The translations under genes were made by a program, and so were the position numbers. Shown one piece after another: positions 40,111 through 49,308 of a stretch of DNA of 64,000 nucleotides. Below the pieces are notes generated by a model. That model was not told the origin of the DNA. It saw nothing but the letters and a program-made list of their open reading frames with translations, and searched no databases. Numbering within the stretch: position 1 is the stretch's first letter; each line of letters opens with the position of its first letter. This DNA is from Fibrobacteria bacterium (lineage in GTDB: Bacteria > Fibrobacterota > Fibrobacteria > UBA11236 > JADFYW01): the NCBI GenBank assembly GCA_050294405.1, contig JBNKOC010000004.1:143872-207871 (forward strand), given 5' to 3'.

Positions 40111-40175
40111 AAAAATTGGGCATCGCTTCGGTTCCGCTTCGCGCGCTTTGTCTGAAGTCGCTACCCTCAATTTTT
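40111..40175. repeat. Short inverted-repeat element related to 1966-2075
   Basis: AAAAATTG...CAATTTTT ends; internal TCGCTTCGGTTC is the reverse complement of GAACCGAAGCGA in the first element. Confidence 0.45.
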
Positions 40176-41430
40176 AATTGGTTTTTTTAATTGAAGGGTA
40201 CGCTAACTCCGGGTTTTCCATAAAAAGGGAAGCTGGTAAACGGTTTCCCTTTTTGGATTTGAGCCTTCGCTTTAACACAAAGTCAAAAAGCAAAGGATTG
40301 TACCCATATATTTCATCCAGTGCTTCCGCTTCCATGGAAGTTAAAAGGCCTCCATTTACAAAGCGATTGGTGGATACAATAAAATTAAAGCCAGGCAAAG
40401 GATAATCGCTGCCATTGACCAGTCGACTATGCCAATGTTTATTATCGAGAATCGTTTCAACAACATCTAATTTTCGGTTGAACTGGGTGGTGGCAGATAT
40501 ATCTCCAAAAAGCAACCCAACATAGGCTGAATCCTCCATCATCCGTGCAAATAAATCAAAGCAAGGCACTTCATTTTTATTTTCGCTTTCAAAATCCGTA
40601 CATTGGCCTAAGCTGGCGCAGTGGCCCATAATTACCTTTACTCCCAGAGATAGAGGGTATTTAAAGCGAAGGGGATTCCCATAGCTTTGGTATTCTTCCG
40701 CCTCCACTGCCTTCTCTATTCCGGTATGACTGAGCAATACCATGTTGTGTTTTTTAAGGGCTTCATAATAAGGCAACAGCTTTTTATCGTCGGGTTGGAT
40801 ACCCATAGCATTGGGCAACCATTTAATAATGCGCACTCCAGCCTTTGCCAATATATCTAATTCTTCCAGATAGTTTTTTTTATAAGGATGTACGGAACCA
40901 ACTGCAAAAAATCGATCTGGATACTTTCCCACTAACTCCAACATTCTCTTGTTTGAAAGATAAAACTCTGTTAAATCCAGTTTTTCTTCTCCCATAGGAG
41001 TATAAAATTTATCAAAGGCTAAAATCCCCAATTTTCCATGGGGTTCCATATCCTTGGAAAGATCCACCAGTCTTTTCCAAAATTGGCTATCTACGGAATC
41101 TTTGGAGTTTACTCCCGAGGCGCTGAGATAAAACTCATAAGTTAGCCTTCCAACGGGATGAAAACCTTCTCTGAACTTTGAGTTAATATAACTGTCTTCT
41201 CCAAACTCGCCATTGCCCACAACATGCACGTGGTAATCCCTATACATACCCGAATCAATATCTAAAAAGGCACTGTCTAAAATTTGCAACGCATAAGGAG
41301 ATAAGTTAGCCCTAAGCTCTTCTGGGGAACCTTTAAAATTCCCTGCCATGTATTTTATTAAAAAGGAGGGAGCCATAGCCTGTGAAACGGCTACAAAAGC
41401 CATTAATACCAACCCTTTAAGCCTCAACAT
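40174..41430 (-). CDS. Exported amidohydrolase-family metallohydrolase
   Basis: DYHVH, IKWLP, SHTG, MGHCA and NGSDYP motifs. Start at ATG 41430 gives a signal peptide and no overlap with coaE. Confidence 0.85.
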   Translation of the reverse strand: MLRLKGLVLMAFVAVSQAMAPSFLIKYMAGNFKGSPEELRANLSPYALQILDSAFLDIDSGMYRDYHVHVVGNGEFGEDSYINSKFREGFHPVGRLTYEFYLSASGVNSKDSVDSQFWKRLVDLSKDMEPHGKLGILAFDKFYTPMGEEKLDLTEFYLSNKRMLELVGKYPDRFFAVGSVHPYKKNYLEELDILAKAGVRIIKWLPNAMGIQPDDKKLLPYYEALKKHNMVLLSHTGIEKAVEAEEYQSYGNPLRFKYPLSLGVKVIMGHCASLGQCTDFESENKNEVPCFDLFARMMEDSAYVGLLFGDISATTQFNRKLDVVETILDNKHWHSRLVNGSDYPLPGFNFIVSTNRFVNGGLLTSMEAEALDEIYGYNPLLFDFVLKRRLKSKKGNRLPASLFMENPELAYPSIKKTN

Positions 41431-41438
41431 AGAAATCT

Positions 41439-42065
41439 CTAGCGAGCAAAGCCCCTGTGGATCCGCATAATTGAATTCCACAAATGGGATACATTTTCTT
41501 CTAAAGTTTCTTTATCGGAGTTATTTTCAATGATAAAATCCGCAGCTTTGATATAATCTTCTCTTTGAGCCTGGTTGCGAAGGCGGGCTTCCACTTCCTC
41601 CCTGGTCCAAATACCTTTGCTAAGGAGCCGTTCCATTCTGATTTCCGGGTGGGCGTCCACTACCAAAACGGCATCCACCTGGTATTGCCCCCCGGATTCC
41701 ACTAATATGGCCGCCTCCCTCACATACATTGGCAATTTTTTAAGACTGGCCTGCCGTTTTTTTTCTTCAAACTCCAGATGAACTAAGGGATGGACCCATT
41801 CATTCAAAGCCTTTAATTTTTCGGGGGATTTAAAAGCCAGTTGGGAAATATGGGGCCTGTTTAGACGTCCATCAGGCAAATAAGCATTTTCTCCAAAAAC
41901 ACTTTGGACGGCGCGTCGCAACTCCAAATTTTCTTCCATAATGCGCCGGGCTTCCAGATCTGCATAAAAGACCTCAGCCCCGTGTTTTTCCAGTAAATGG
42001 CAAACTTCTGTTTTACCAGCCCCCATGCCGCCAGTGACACCTAAAAAATAAGTGGAATCATCCAT
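41439..42065 (-). CDS. coaE: Dephospho-CoA kinase
   Basis: GVTGGMGAGKT, LNEWVHP and ADFIIENN motifs. Confidence 0.95.
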   Translation of the reverse strand: MDDSTYFLGVTGGMGAGKTEVCHLLEKHGAEVFYADLEARRIMEENLELRRAVQSVFGENAYLPDGRLNRPHISQLAFKSPEKLKALNEWVHPLVHLEFEEKKRQASLKKLPMYVREAAILVESGGQYQVDAVLVVDAHPEIRMERLLSKGIWTREEVEARLRNQAQREDYIKAADFIIENNSDKETLEENVSHLWNSIMRIHRGFAR

Positions 42066-44790
42066 GGGCCAGCAACCAGTTTGTCCCGCTGCCTATTTCT
42101 ACCACAAGCGGAACATTTAACTTTATAGAATTTTCCATAATCTGAGAAATTAGTTTTGATGATTCTTCCACATCTTCTTTGGCGACTTCAAAAACCAATT
42201 CATCGTGAACCTGCAATAACATTTTGCAATCCAAATTAGATTTTTTCAGGGCGTGGTTAAGCTGCACCATAGCTTTTTTAATAATATCCGCAGCCGTTCC
42301 TTGAATGGGAGTGTTAACAGCTATTCGTTCTGAATTTTCCTTGTGCATTCTATTGCTGGAGGCCAAATCAGGCAAATAGCGTTTACGACCAGTAATAGTG
42401 GCCACATAACCATCGTTGCGGGCCTTTACTATGGTGTTATCAATAAATTTTTGCACCCCGGAATATTTTTCAAAATAGTTCTCAATAAAGGCAGAGGCTT
42501 CTTTTCGTTCAATGGAAAGTTCCCGGGAAAGACGGCCTGGACCCATGCCATATAACACTCCAAAATTTACCACCTTGGCGCTGCGCCTCATATCCGATGT
42601 AACCTTGTCTTCTTCTACTTTATATAAAGCAGAGGCTGTTTGGGTATGTATATCCAGACCATTTTGATAAGCTGCCATTAGGGCTTCATCTTCGCTCAAG
42701 TGGGCTAACACCCTTAACTCAATTTGGGAATAATCCGCTGCCAACAATAATTTATCCTTATTTTCGGGAATAAAACTGGCCCTAATTTTTTTACCCCAGT
42801 CTGTGCGAATAGGAATATTCTGCAAATTTGGATTTATGGAACTCAAACGTCCTGTGGCTGCTATAGTTTGAGAAAAGGAAGTATGTATACGTCCAGTTTT
42901 GGGATGCACAAGGCCCGGAAGCACATCAATATAAGTATTTTTTAATTTGGTAAACTCCCGGTAATCCAATAGATTCTCAATGATGGGATGCTCCCCCAAT
43001 AGCCCCTGAAGTACGCTGGCATCGGTACTATAGCCTGTTTTGGTTTTTTTACTGGCTTTGAGTTTTAATTTTTCAAATAGTATTTCGCCCAGTTTTTGGG
43101 TGCTATTAATGTTAAATTCTTCTCCAGCCATCTCAAAAATATTTTTTTCTCTCTGGGCTATTTCTTTTTCCATTTCCTCAGAAAGTGAGGCTAAAGCATC
43201 CTTATTTACGCATATGCCATTTTTTTCCAAAGACATAATGGACAACATAAGGGGAATTTCATCTTTAATTAAAAGTTCCCACTCTATTTTACCTTTAAAT
43301 TTTTTGGAGTAATATTCGTAGAGCTTGTAGGTATATATGGCATCTTCAGCGCCGTATTCTGCGGCTTTATCTAACTCCACCTCGGCAAAACTAATTTGGT
43401 TTTTTCCCTTTTTCCCAATGAGTTCCTCAATGGGAATCATGTTATGGGCAAAATATTTTTCACATAGTGCATCAAGGCCTAAACCTCTGGAACCGGGATT
43501 TTCCAAATAGGCCGCCATTAAGGTGTCCACTAGTTTTCCCTCGGGAAGCCCGCCTAATTCCAGTCCGTATTTTTCTAAAATGGCCAAATCGTATTTGGCG
43601 TTGTGAAAAATAAGGGTTTTATCGCCCCCTGCTAAAATGGGTTTTAAGGCCTTAACGGCCATTTCCAAAGAGAGGTTCTGTCCGGTTTTATGTCCCACAG
43701 GAAGATAAAAACCACTCTGCCCATTTGTGGCCAGGCAAAAACCAACCAATTCCGCCGTAATTACATCAAGGCCAGTGGTTTCCGTATCCACAGCAATAAT
43801 ATCTGCCTTTTGCAATTGGGCCAATAACTTGTGGAGTTTCTCTTCGCTGTTTACAAGCTCCCAGCTAAAAGATTTTTTTGCCTGAGCTTTTTCTTCCACT
43901 TTAACATCTGCGTTTTGCCCTTTAGGAACAAAGCCAAGCAGGGACTGCATTTCCATTTCCACTAAAAACTCATTAAGTTTTTTGGGCTGGGGAGCTTTGT
44001 ATTTTAGTTCCGCCAATTTTTCCTTTAAAGGGATGTTGCAGTTTAAAACCACCAAGTCCCGGGACAAATAAGCATTTTCCTTTCCGTCTTTTAAATTCTG
44101 TCGCAAACCTTTTTTGCTGATGTTATCCACATTTTCATATATGCCATCCAGGCTGCCATACATTTCCAATAAATTGGCCGCAGTTTTAGGGCCTACCTTG
44201 GCTACACCGGGTATGTTATCGGCACTATCTCCCATTAAAGCCAACAAATCCACCATTTGCTCGGGATTTACTCCGAATTTTTCCCGAACTTCTTTAGGAC
44301 CTTTTACCGTGGCGGGCTGGTTGCGGGCGCCGGGCTCGTATAAAAAAATGTGGGAGCCCACAATTTGCATCAAGTCTTTATCTTTGGTCATTATATAGGT
44401 TTGTATACCTTCGGACTCCGCTTCTCTGGCAATGGTTCCAATTACATCATCGGCTTCCATTCCTTCATAGGATAATTGCGCTGCTCCAAGGGCATCTAAA
44501 AATTCATCCACATATGGCAGTTGGGCCCTCAACTCATCGGGCATGGGTTTTCGATTGGCCTTGTATTTATCGTACATTTCATGGCGAAAAGTGGGGCCGG
44601 GCAAATCTTTTACCACCGCCAGGTATTCGGGCTTTTCTTCCTGAATCAAGCGCAAAACCTGAGAGGCATAGCCGTAAATGGCCGATGTTTGCACCCCTTT
44701 TGAATTTATAAGGGGATTATTGATAAAAGCGTAAAAAGACCTGTAAACAAGTGCCGACGAATCAACTAAAAAAAGCTTAGGAGAAGAAAT
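42058..44790 (-). CDS. polA: DNA polymerase I (probable ATT start at 44790)
   Basis: 5'-3' exonuclease, 3'-5' exonuclease (VDTETT) and polymerase (ADYSQIELR, VHDEL) domains. Frame extends 32 codons above the track start through KLFLVDSSALVYRSFYA. Confidence 0.95.
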   Translation of the reverse strand: MSSPKLFLVDSSALVYRSFYAFINNPLINSKGVQTSAIYGYASQVLRLIQEEKPEYLAVVKDLPGPTFRHEMYDKYKANRKPMPDELRAQLPYVDEFLDALGAAQLSYEGMEADDVIGTIAREAESEGIQTYIMTKDKDLMQIVGSHIFLYEPGARNQPATVKGPKEVREKFGVNPEQMVDLLALMGDSADNIPGVAKVGPKTAANLLEMYGSLDGIYENVDNISKKGLRQNLKDGKENAYLSRDLVVLNCNIPLKEKLAELKYKAPQPKKLNEFLVEMEMQSLLGFVPKGQNADVKVEEKAQAKKSFSWELVNSEEKLHKLLAQLQKADIIAVDTETTGLDVITAELVGFCLATNGQSGFYLPVGHKTGQNLSLEMAVKALKPILAGGDKTLIFHNAKYDLAILEKYGLELGGLPEGKLVDTLMAAYLENPGSRGLGLDALCEKYFAHNMIPIEELIGKKGKNQISFAEVELDKAAEYGAEDAIYTYKLYEYYSKKFKGKIEWELLIKDEIPLMLSIMSLEKNGICVNKDALASLSEEMEKEIAQREKNIFEMAGEEFNINSTQKLGEILFEKLKLKASKKTKTGYSTDASVLQGLLGEHPIIENLLDYREFTKLKNTYIDVLPGLVHPKTGRIHTSFSQTIAATGRLSSINPNLQNIPIRTDWGKKIRASFIPENKDKLLLAADYSQIELRVLAHLSEDEALMAAYQNGLDIHTQTASALYKVEEDKVTSDMRRSAKVVNFGVLYGMGPGRLSRELSIERKEASAFIENYFEKYSGVQKFIDNTIVKARNDGYVATITGRKRYLPDLASSNRMHKENSERIAVNTPIQGTAADIIKKAMVQLNHALKKSNLDCKMLLQVHDELVFEVAKEDVEESSKLISQIMENSIKLNVPLVVEIGSGTNWLLAHG

Positions 44791-44827
44791 AGCTTACCCC
44801 CTTTATGAGAAAAAATAACAAACTGCT

Positions 44828-45676
44828 CTAACTTGCTTTTTGCAATGAATGTACAATGCAGTTTTTGACTTCCTCATAACTCAAGGGAAATTTATCAAAA
44901 GAAATAATGCCTTCCTGTTCCAATTCCACAGCTAATTTGGACAAGGGAGGCATCATCACCGAAGCCTTGCTCAAATTTTCCTGATCCCGCAAGACCTCTG
45001 CTGTGGGTGCAATGTTTAACAATTGACCTTTACTTAATATGGCAATACGGTCGGTAATTTTAATAAGGTCATCCAGTTTGTGGGCAGTAACCACAATGGC
45101 CACGCCCTTATTGCGATACTTGTTTAAAAAGGCAATAGTGGTTTGCACACCTTCTTCATCTAAATCCGAAAGCGGTTCGTCTAAAAGCAATAGTTTGGGT
45201 TGTTCCAAAAGAGCTAACCCCAAAGCCACGCGACGCCTTTCCCCAGCAGAAATTTCGTCCAGAAACCATTCTCTGGCTTCCACTAAGTTTATGTCTTTTA
45301 AAACACTGGTAACCCTGTTATCAATTTCACGGCCTTTTAACCCAATCATACGGCAGGCTCGGGCCAATTCATCTTCTACAGTGGGGCCTGACAATTGATT
45401 TTCGGGATTTTGCTCCACTAAGGTTACATAGTCATTGAGCATTCTTTCGCTAAAATCTTCAATGGGCTTTCCTCCTAAGTCAATTCCACCACCGGTTAAA
45501 GCCATATACCCGGAGATAAGTTTGAGCAAAGTGGTTTTGCCTGAGCCATTTGAGCCTACCAAGCCGACAATTTCTGCGGGAAAAATTTCCAGGGACATTT
45601 TATCAATAGCTGTATTTCCTGCTGGATAAGCGAGGGATGCAGAATTTAGGCTTGCAATTTTTGTAGAATCAGACAT
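44828..45676 (-). CDS. ECF-type ABC ATPase (EcfA/CbiO-like)
   Basis: GSNGSGKTT, QNPENQL..PTVEDE, ISAGERRR and LLLDEP motifs. Confidence 0.88.
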   Translation of the reverse strand: MSDSTKIASLNSASLAYPAGNTAIDKMSLEIFPAEIVGLVGSNGSGKTTLLKLISGYMALTGGGIDLGGKPIEDFSERMLNDYVTLVEQNPENQLSGPTVEDELARACRMIGLKGREIDNRVTSVLKDINLVEAREWFLDEISAGERRRVALGLALLEQPKLLLLDEPLSDLDEEGVQTTIAFLNKYRNKGVAIVVTAHKLDDLIKITDRIAILSKGQLLNIAPTAEVLRDQENLSKASVMMPPLSKLAVELEQEGIISFDKFPLSYEEVKNCIVHSLQKAS

Positions 45677-45871
45677 TTAAAGCTCCTATGGGGTCTTAAA
45701 GAAATTTTTCAAACAAGTGAGGTAATTTTTTTGCTCTACCCCCTATACTCATTTTTCTCATAAAATTAATTTTTTTATTTAAGAGAACCATACAAATCTA
45801 GAGTAGATAAGAGATTTTTTAATTTCGAAAATTTCTAAAGACTGCTCTGAAAGGCATAAATTAAAGGGCTT

Positions 45872-46507
45872 ATGAGGATTCAACCCAAAATCAAAGTTTG
45901 CGGAATTACCCAAATGAAGCAAGCGGTGGAATTAGACCAGCTTGGCATAGACTATATCGGATTTAACTTTTGGAAAGAAGGCAAGCGTTATGTAGACCCT
46001 CAAAGTCTCTTGCCGGGCATTTTGGACCTCAGTCAAAGCAAAACTGTGGGCATTTTTGTTAATGCACCCATTTCGGAAATCGAAGAAATCGCCGATTCTC
46101 TCAGCCTTAATATGATTCAACTCCACGGTCAGGAAGATGCCGATTATATGGGCAAGCTAAAAGAAGCAGTGGAATTGCCTATAATCAAGGCCATTCCGGT
46201 ATTCAATGAAATACCCGATTTAAATGCCTACAGCATGGTCGACCAGCTTCTATTCGATACTGCCAGTAAAAATCAGTTCGGTGGAACTGGAGAGAGCTTT
46301 AACTGGAAACTTTTAGCCGACATATCTCCCCGCAATTTCTTTGTGGCCGGGGGAATTGGTCCGCAAAACATTAAACAGGCTGTAGAACAAAGCCGCCCCT
46401 TTGCCGTGGATTTAAATTCCAAAGTGGAGAGCAAGCCCGGGGTAAAAAACCTTTTGTTGGTGAAACACTGCCTAACCCAATTGGGAATCGACTTTGAGGA
46501 AGACTAG
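45872..46507 (+). CDS. trpF: Phosphoribosylanthranilate isomerase
   Basis: KVCGIT, QLHGQE, GGTGESFNW, AGGI and VESKPGVK motifs. Confidence 0.95.
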   Translation: MRIQPKIKVCGITQMKQAVELDQLGIDYIGFNFWKEGKRYVDPQSLLPGILDLSQSKTVGIFVNAPISEIEEIADSLSLNMIQLHGQEDADYMGKLKEAVELPIIKAIPVFNEIPDLNAYSMVDQLLFDTASKNQFGGTGESFNWKLLADISPRNFFVAGGIGPQNIKQAVEQSRPFAVDLNSKVESKPGVKNLLLVKHCLTQLGIDFEED

Positions 46508-46529
46508 GACCTATCTAATCTAAAAACCC

Positions 46530-46976
46530 TTAAGGTTCCTCAGTAATAAGCTTTAGTTCCTTGCCCCCCTTGTTGGGGTCTTCATCCACTACTTGGAGGC
46601 TTAAAGTTTGTTTATTGCCCTCTGTGCTGCTTATAACAAGTTCTCTTATACCGGGTTTATCTATTCCCGTTGAGTCAGGATATTCAGCCAGTGGCAAAAC
46701 GGTTATAAAAACTTTTAATTTTGAGCCACCCCCGCTGAGTTCATCTTTTTCCAACTTTAAAGAGCTGCCATGGCTAATACTAACCGAATCCAGATTTTTG
46801 CCAGTTATAAAAAATTGTTTGCGGAGGTTTAATACAGTAGAACCCGGGTTAATGCGCCAATCCATGGATATGGCTTTTTTGTCTCCCGCCTTAGTCCCTG
46901 GTTTTCCCACACAGGCTACTAATAATATAACGAGGAGGACTGTTGCTAGCCATTTATAGCTTTTCACACAATTCAC
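46530..46976 (-). CDS. Hypothetical lipoprotein
   Basis: Lipobox LVAC after a hydrophobic stretch. Confidence 0.65.
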   Translation of the reverse strand: MNCVKSYKWLATVLLVILLVACVGKPGTKAGDKKAISMDWRINPGSTVLNLRKQFFITGKNLDSVSISHGSSLKLEKDELSGGGSKLKVFITVLPLAEYPDSTGIDKPGIRELVISSTEGNKQTLSLQVVDEDPNKGGKELKLITEEP

Positions 46977-47059
46977 TTGCTGAAAATAAAGAAATGTTTT
47001 TCTGGGGGAAACTAATTTCGCAGATTTAAGCAGCCTTTCTTTTTATTTTAACAGGGTTT

Positions 47060-48328
47060 ATGGCAGTGTTAGGGCAAAGAGTTTCATTGAAAAGCATATT
47101 GATTAAGTCTCACATTTTTTTTTATGGTCGGGTATTACTACTAAGTCTGGTGCTTTTATCTGTAATGCTGGGGACTTCGGGTTGCTCCACACAGGTAAAA
47201 ACCGAAGCCTATTATGATACCGGTAAGAAAAAACTGGAACATACCTACCGCAAATGGATTTGGAGCTCCCAAGAAAAGTTGATTCTAAAAAAAGAATACC
47301 ATTTTACCCAACATCCAAAATTTGAAGTGGAAATTAAAAATGGAAAGTACCACGGAGAGGCGAAAACCTGGTGGATGAATGGACGGCTAAAATCCAGGGG
47401 CGAATACAAAAACGGAAAAAAAATTGGCAAGTGGGTAAACTATTTTGAAGTGCGGGGTGATATATCCAGCCGGGGCCATTACCGCCAGGGGATATTACAT
47501 GGTGTATGGGAAGAATGGTGGCCAAAATTTATTCGCAAGGCCAAAGGGCAATTTCAAAATGGCAAACCAGGTGGAACCTGGCATTATTGGGATAGGGCCG
47601 AGCGCCTCATTAAAAAGTCCACATGTTGGGAAGATGTTAAGTGGGGCAGTATAGAAGAATACTATCCCTCCGGGAGACTAAAAAAAATCCATTCCTGTTT
47701 GTTTGGAAAAATCTCCGGCCAATATAAAGAATATTACCCAGACAGCAGTTTAAAACTTAAAGGGGAATACAATAAGGACTCGAAAAAAGAAGGGCCATGG
47801 CTGGGGTTTCACCCAAATGGAAAAAAGAGCCTTCGGGAATTTTATGTAAATGGCCTTCTGCATGATAGCCTTATACATTGGGACTCCCTTGGACATGTGA
47901 GCAAAAAAGCCTTAATGGACTCTGGAAACGGAAGTATATATCGCTATTACCCAGACGGAAAAGTAAAACGTGTAGAACAATTTTTAGAAGGGAAAAAACA
48001 CGGAGAACAGTTAAGCTTTTTTCCCTTTGGGCGCACTAAAACCCGATATATATATGACAAAAATAAGGCCCTGGAATATTGGCGCTGGCATGCGGACAGC
48101 CTAAGTTCCGATTCGGTTCTTACCATACATGGCTTATTTAAAGAGGGAAAAAGACACGGGGAATGGAATTGGTACAGTGAAAACGGAATGTTATTGGAAA
48201 GCGCCAATTATGTATTAGGTAAACGCCACGGAAAAGCCTATTTCTACAATTCCCAAAACGGAAAACTTTTTCGCATTCAAAATTATGAAGATGGGGTGGA
48301 AACCAGCGCCACCCTCCACAATTTTTAA
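47060..48328 (+). CDS. MORN-variant repeat (YwqK-like) lipoprotein
   Basis: Many G.Y.NG.k.G.W..YY..G repeats; lipobox-like TSGC. Confidence 0.85.
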   Translation: MAVLGQRVSLKSILIKSHIFFYGRVLLLSLVLLSVMLGTSGCSTQVKTEAYYDTGKKKLEHTYRKWIWSSQEKLILKKEYHFTQHPKFEVEIKNGKYHGEAKTWWMNGRLKSRGEYKNGKKIGKWVNYFEVRGDISSRGHYRQGILHGVWEEWWPKFIRKAKGQFQNGKPGGTWHYWDRAERLIKKSTCWEDVKWGSIEEYYPSGRLKKIHSCLFGKISGQYKEYYPDSSLKLKGEYNKDSKKEGPWLGFHPNGKKSLREFYVNGLLHDSLIHWDSLGHVSKKALMDSGNGSIYRYYPDGKVKRVEQFLEGKKHGEQLSFFPFGRTKTRYIYDKNKALEYWRWHADSLSSDSVLTIHGLFKEGKRHGEWNWYSENGMLLESANYVLGKRHGKAYFYNSQNGKLFRIQNYEDGVETSATLHNF

Positions 48329-48774
48329 GAACGCATTTTATCCAACAGGCGGTTTAACTCTTTAGCCTCTTCCACTGTAAGTTGATTGAGATCCTCAATC
48401 CATTCCAACTCCACTTTGTCGATTTTTTCCAGGAGTTTTAAACCTTCCTCGGTAATAACCACATCCACCGCGCGCCTGTCCGAGGCATTGGGCTCCCGGC
48501 TGGCTAACCCCTTAAGTATTAATTTATCCACCAGGCGGGTGGCATTGGAAGTTTTGTCGAGCATGCGCTCTGTGATAGATTTGTTAGTAATGGACTTTGG
48601 GTACTGCCCCCTTAATATCCGCAATACGTTAAACTGTTGCCAGGAGATTCCAAAGGGCTGGAGGCGCTTCACATTTTTGGCATTGAGCCAGCTGTAGCTA
48701 AACAGTATATTTATAATGAGTTTTTGGTGCTCGCTTTTAAACTTTTCCTGTTTTATTTCATCTTCAAGCCTCAT
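48325..48774 (-). CDS. MarR-family transcriptional regulator
   Basis: QFNVLRIL, TRLVDKL..KGL..R....DRR and IT.EG motifs. Confidence 0.93.
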   Translation of the reverse strand: MRLEDEIKQEKFKSEHQKLIINILFSYSWLNAKNVKRLQPFGISWQQFNVLRILRGQYPKSITNKSITERMLDKTSNATRLVDKLILKGLASREPNASDRRAVDVVITEEGLKLLEKIDKVELEWIEDLNQLTVEEAKELNRLLDKMRS

Positions 48775-48780
48775 AATGAT

Positions 48781-48814
48781 ATTATATGTCTATACAATAA
48801 TTGTGTCAACAATT
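48781..48814 (-). promoter_or_regulatory. Consensus sigma70 promoter of the MarR gene with overlapping palindromic operator
   Basis: Minus strand TTGACA (48809-48804), 17 bp, TATAAT (48786-48781); palindromes ACAATAATTGT and AATTGT-gtca-ACAATT overlap it. Confidence 0.8.
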
Positions 48815-48859
48815 AAACTTTCAAAATAGGCTTTTTTTACTAATATTTTCATGAATTGT

Positions 48860-48936
48860 GCATCCGTAGCTCAACTGGATAGAGCATCGGTCTTCGGAAC
48901 CGAGGGTTTGGGGTTCGACTCCCTACGGATGTGCCA
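48860..48936 (+). tRNA. tRNA-Arg (anticodon TCG)
   Basis: Cloverleaf: GCATCCG/CGGATGT acceptor, TCGGT-ctTCGga-ACCGA anticodon arm, GGTTCGACTCC T arm, encoded CCA. Confidence 0.95.
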
Positions 48937-48959
48937 GTTCGGTTTTTATTGCGCCAATG

Positions 48960-49142
48960 CTAATTGAACAAATTGTTGTAAAATTTTTCCAACTTGTTTC
49001 TTTCTTTTTTGTGGGCGGCTTTTTTTACTTCCTGCCCCCAGCCCATTGCCGCAGAGCCAAAATAAAACAGCATCATACCACAAAACATTCCCAGTACCAA
49101 TGTGGTTAGAAGTATGCTTCTCAATTTTTTCCTTGGCTCCAA
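48960..49142 (-). CDS. Small single-TM hypothetical protein
   Basis: 60-aa ORF with one hydrophobic helix; TTG start. Confidence 0.5.
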   Translation of the reverse strand: MEPRKKLRSILLTTLVLGMFCGMMLFYFGSAAMGWGQEVKKAAHKKERNKLEKFYNNLFN

Positions 49143-49308
49143 TTATTCAATATTAATTGAATTATAGAGTTTCTTATCCACAAAATCAATCCATTGTGAC
49201 TTTATTTGCAAAAGACTTAATAGCCCTTTTTTGCCGGAAAAACCAAAAAAAAAGACAAATTGTAAACCAAGTATAATACCATTGGGCTAGTAATTTTAAT
49301 TTAGAACC

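Noticed and set aside
45677..45871. Vitamin riboswitch upstream of the ECF ATPase
   Set aside because: AT-rich spacer with no cobalamin, TPP or FMN consensus visible.
47060..48328. Toxin-antitoxin system suggested by the YwqK-like repeats
   Set aside because: No adjacent toxin; MORN-variant repeat lipoproteins are common stand-alone genes.
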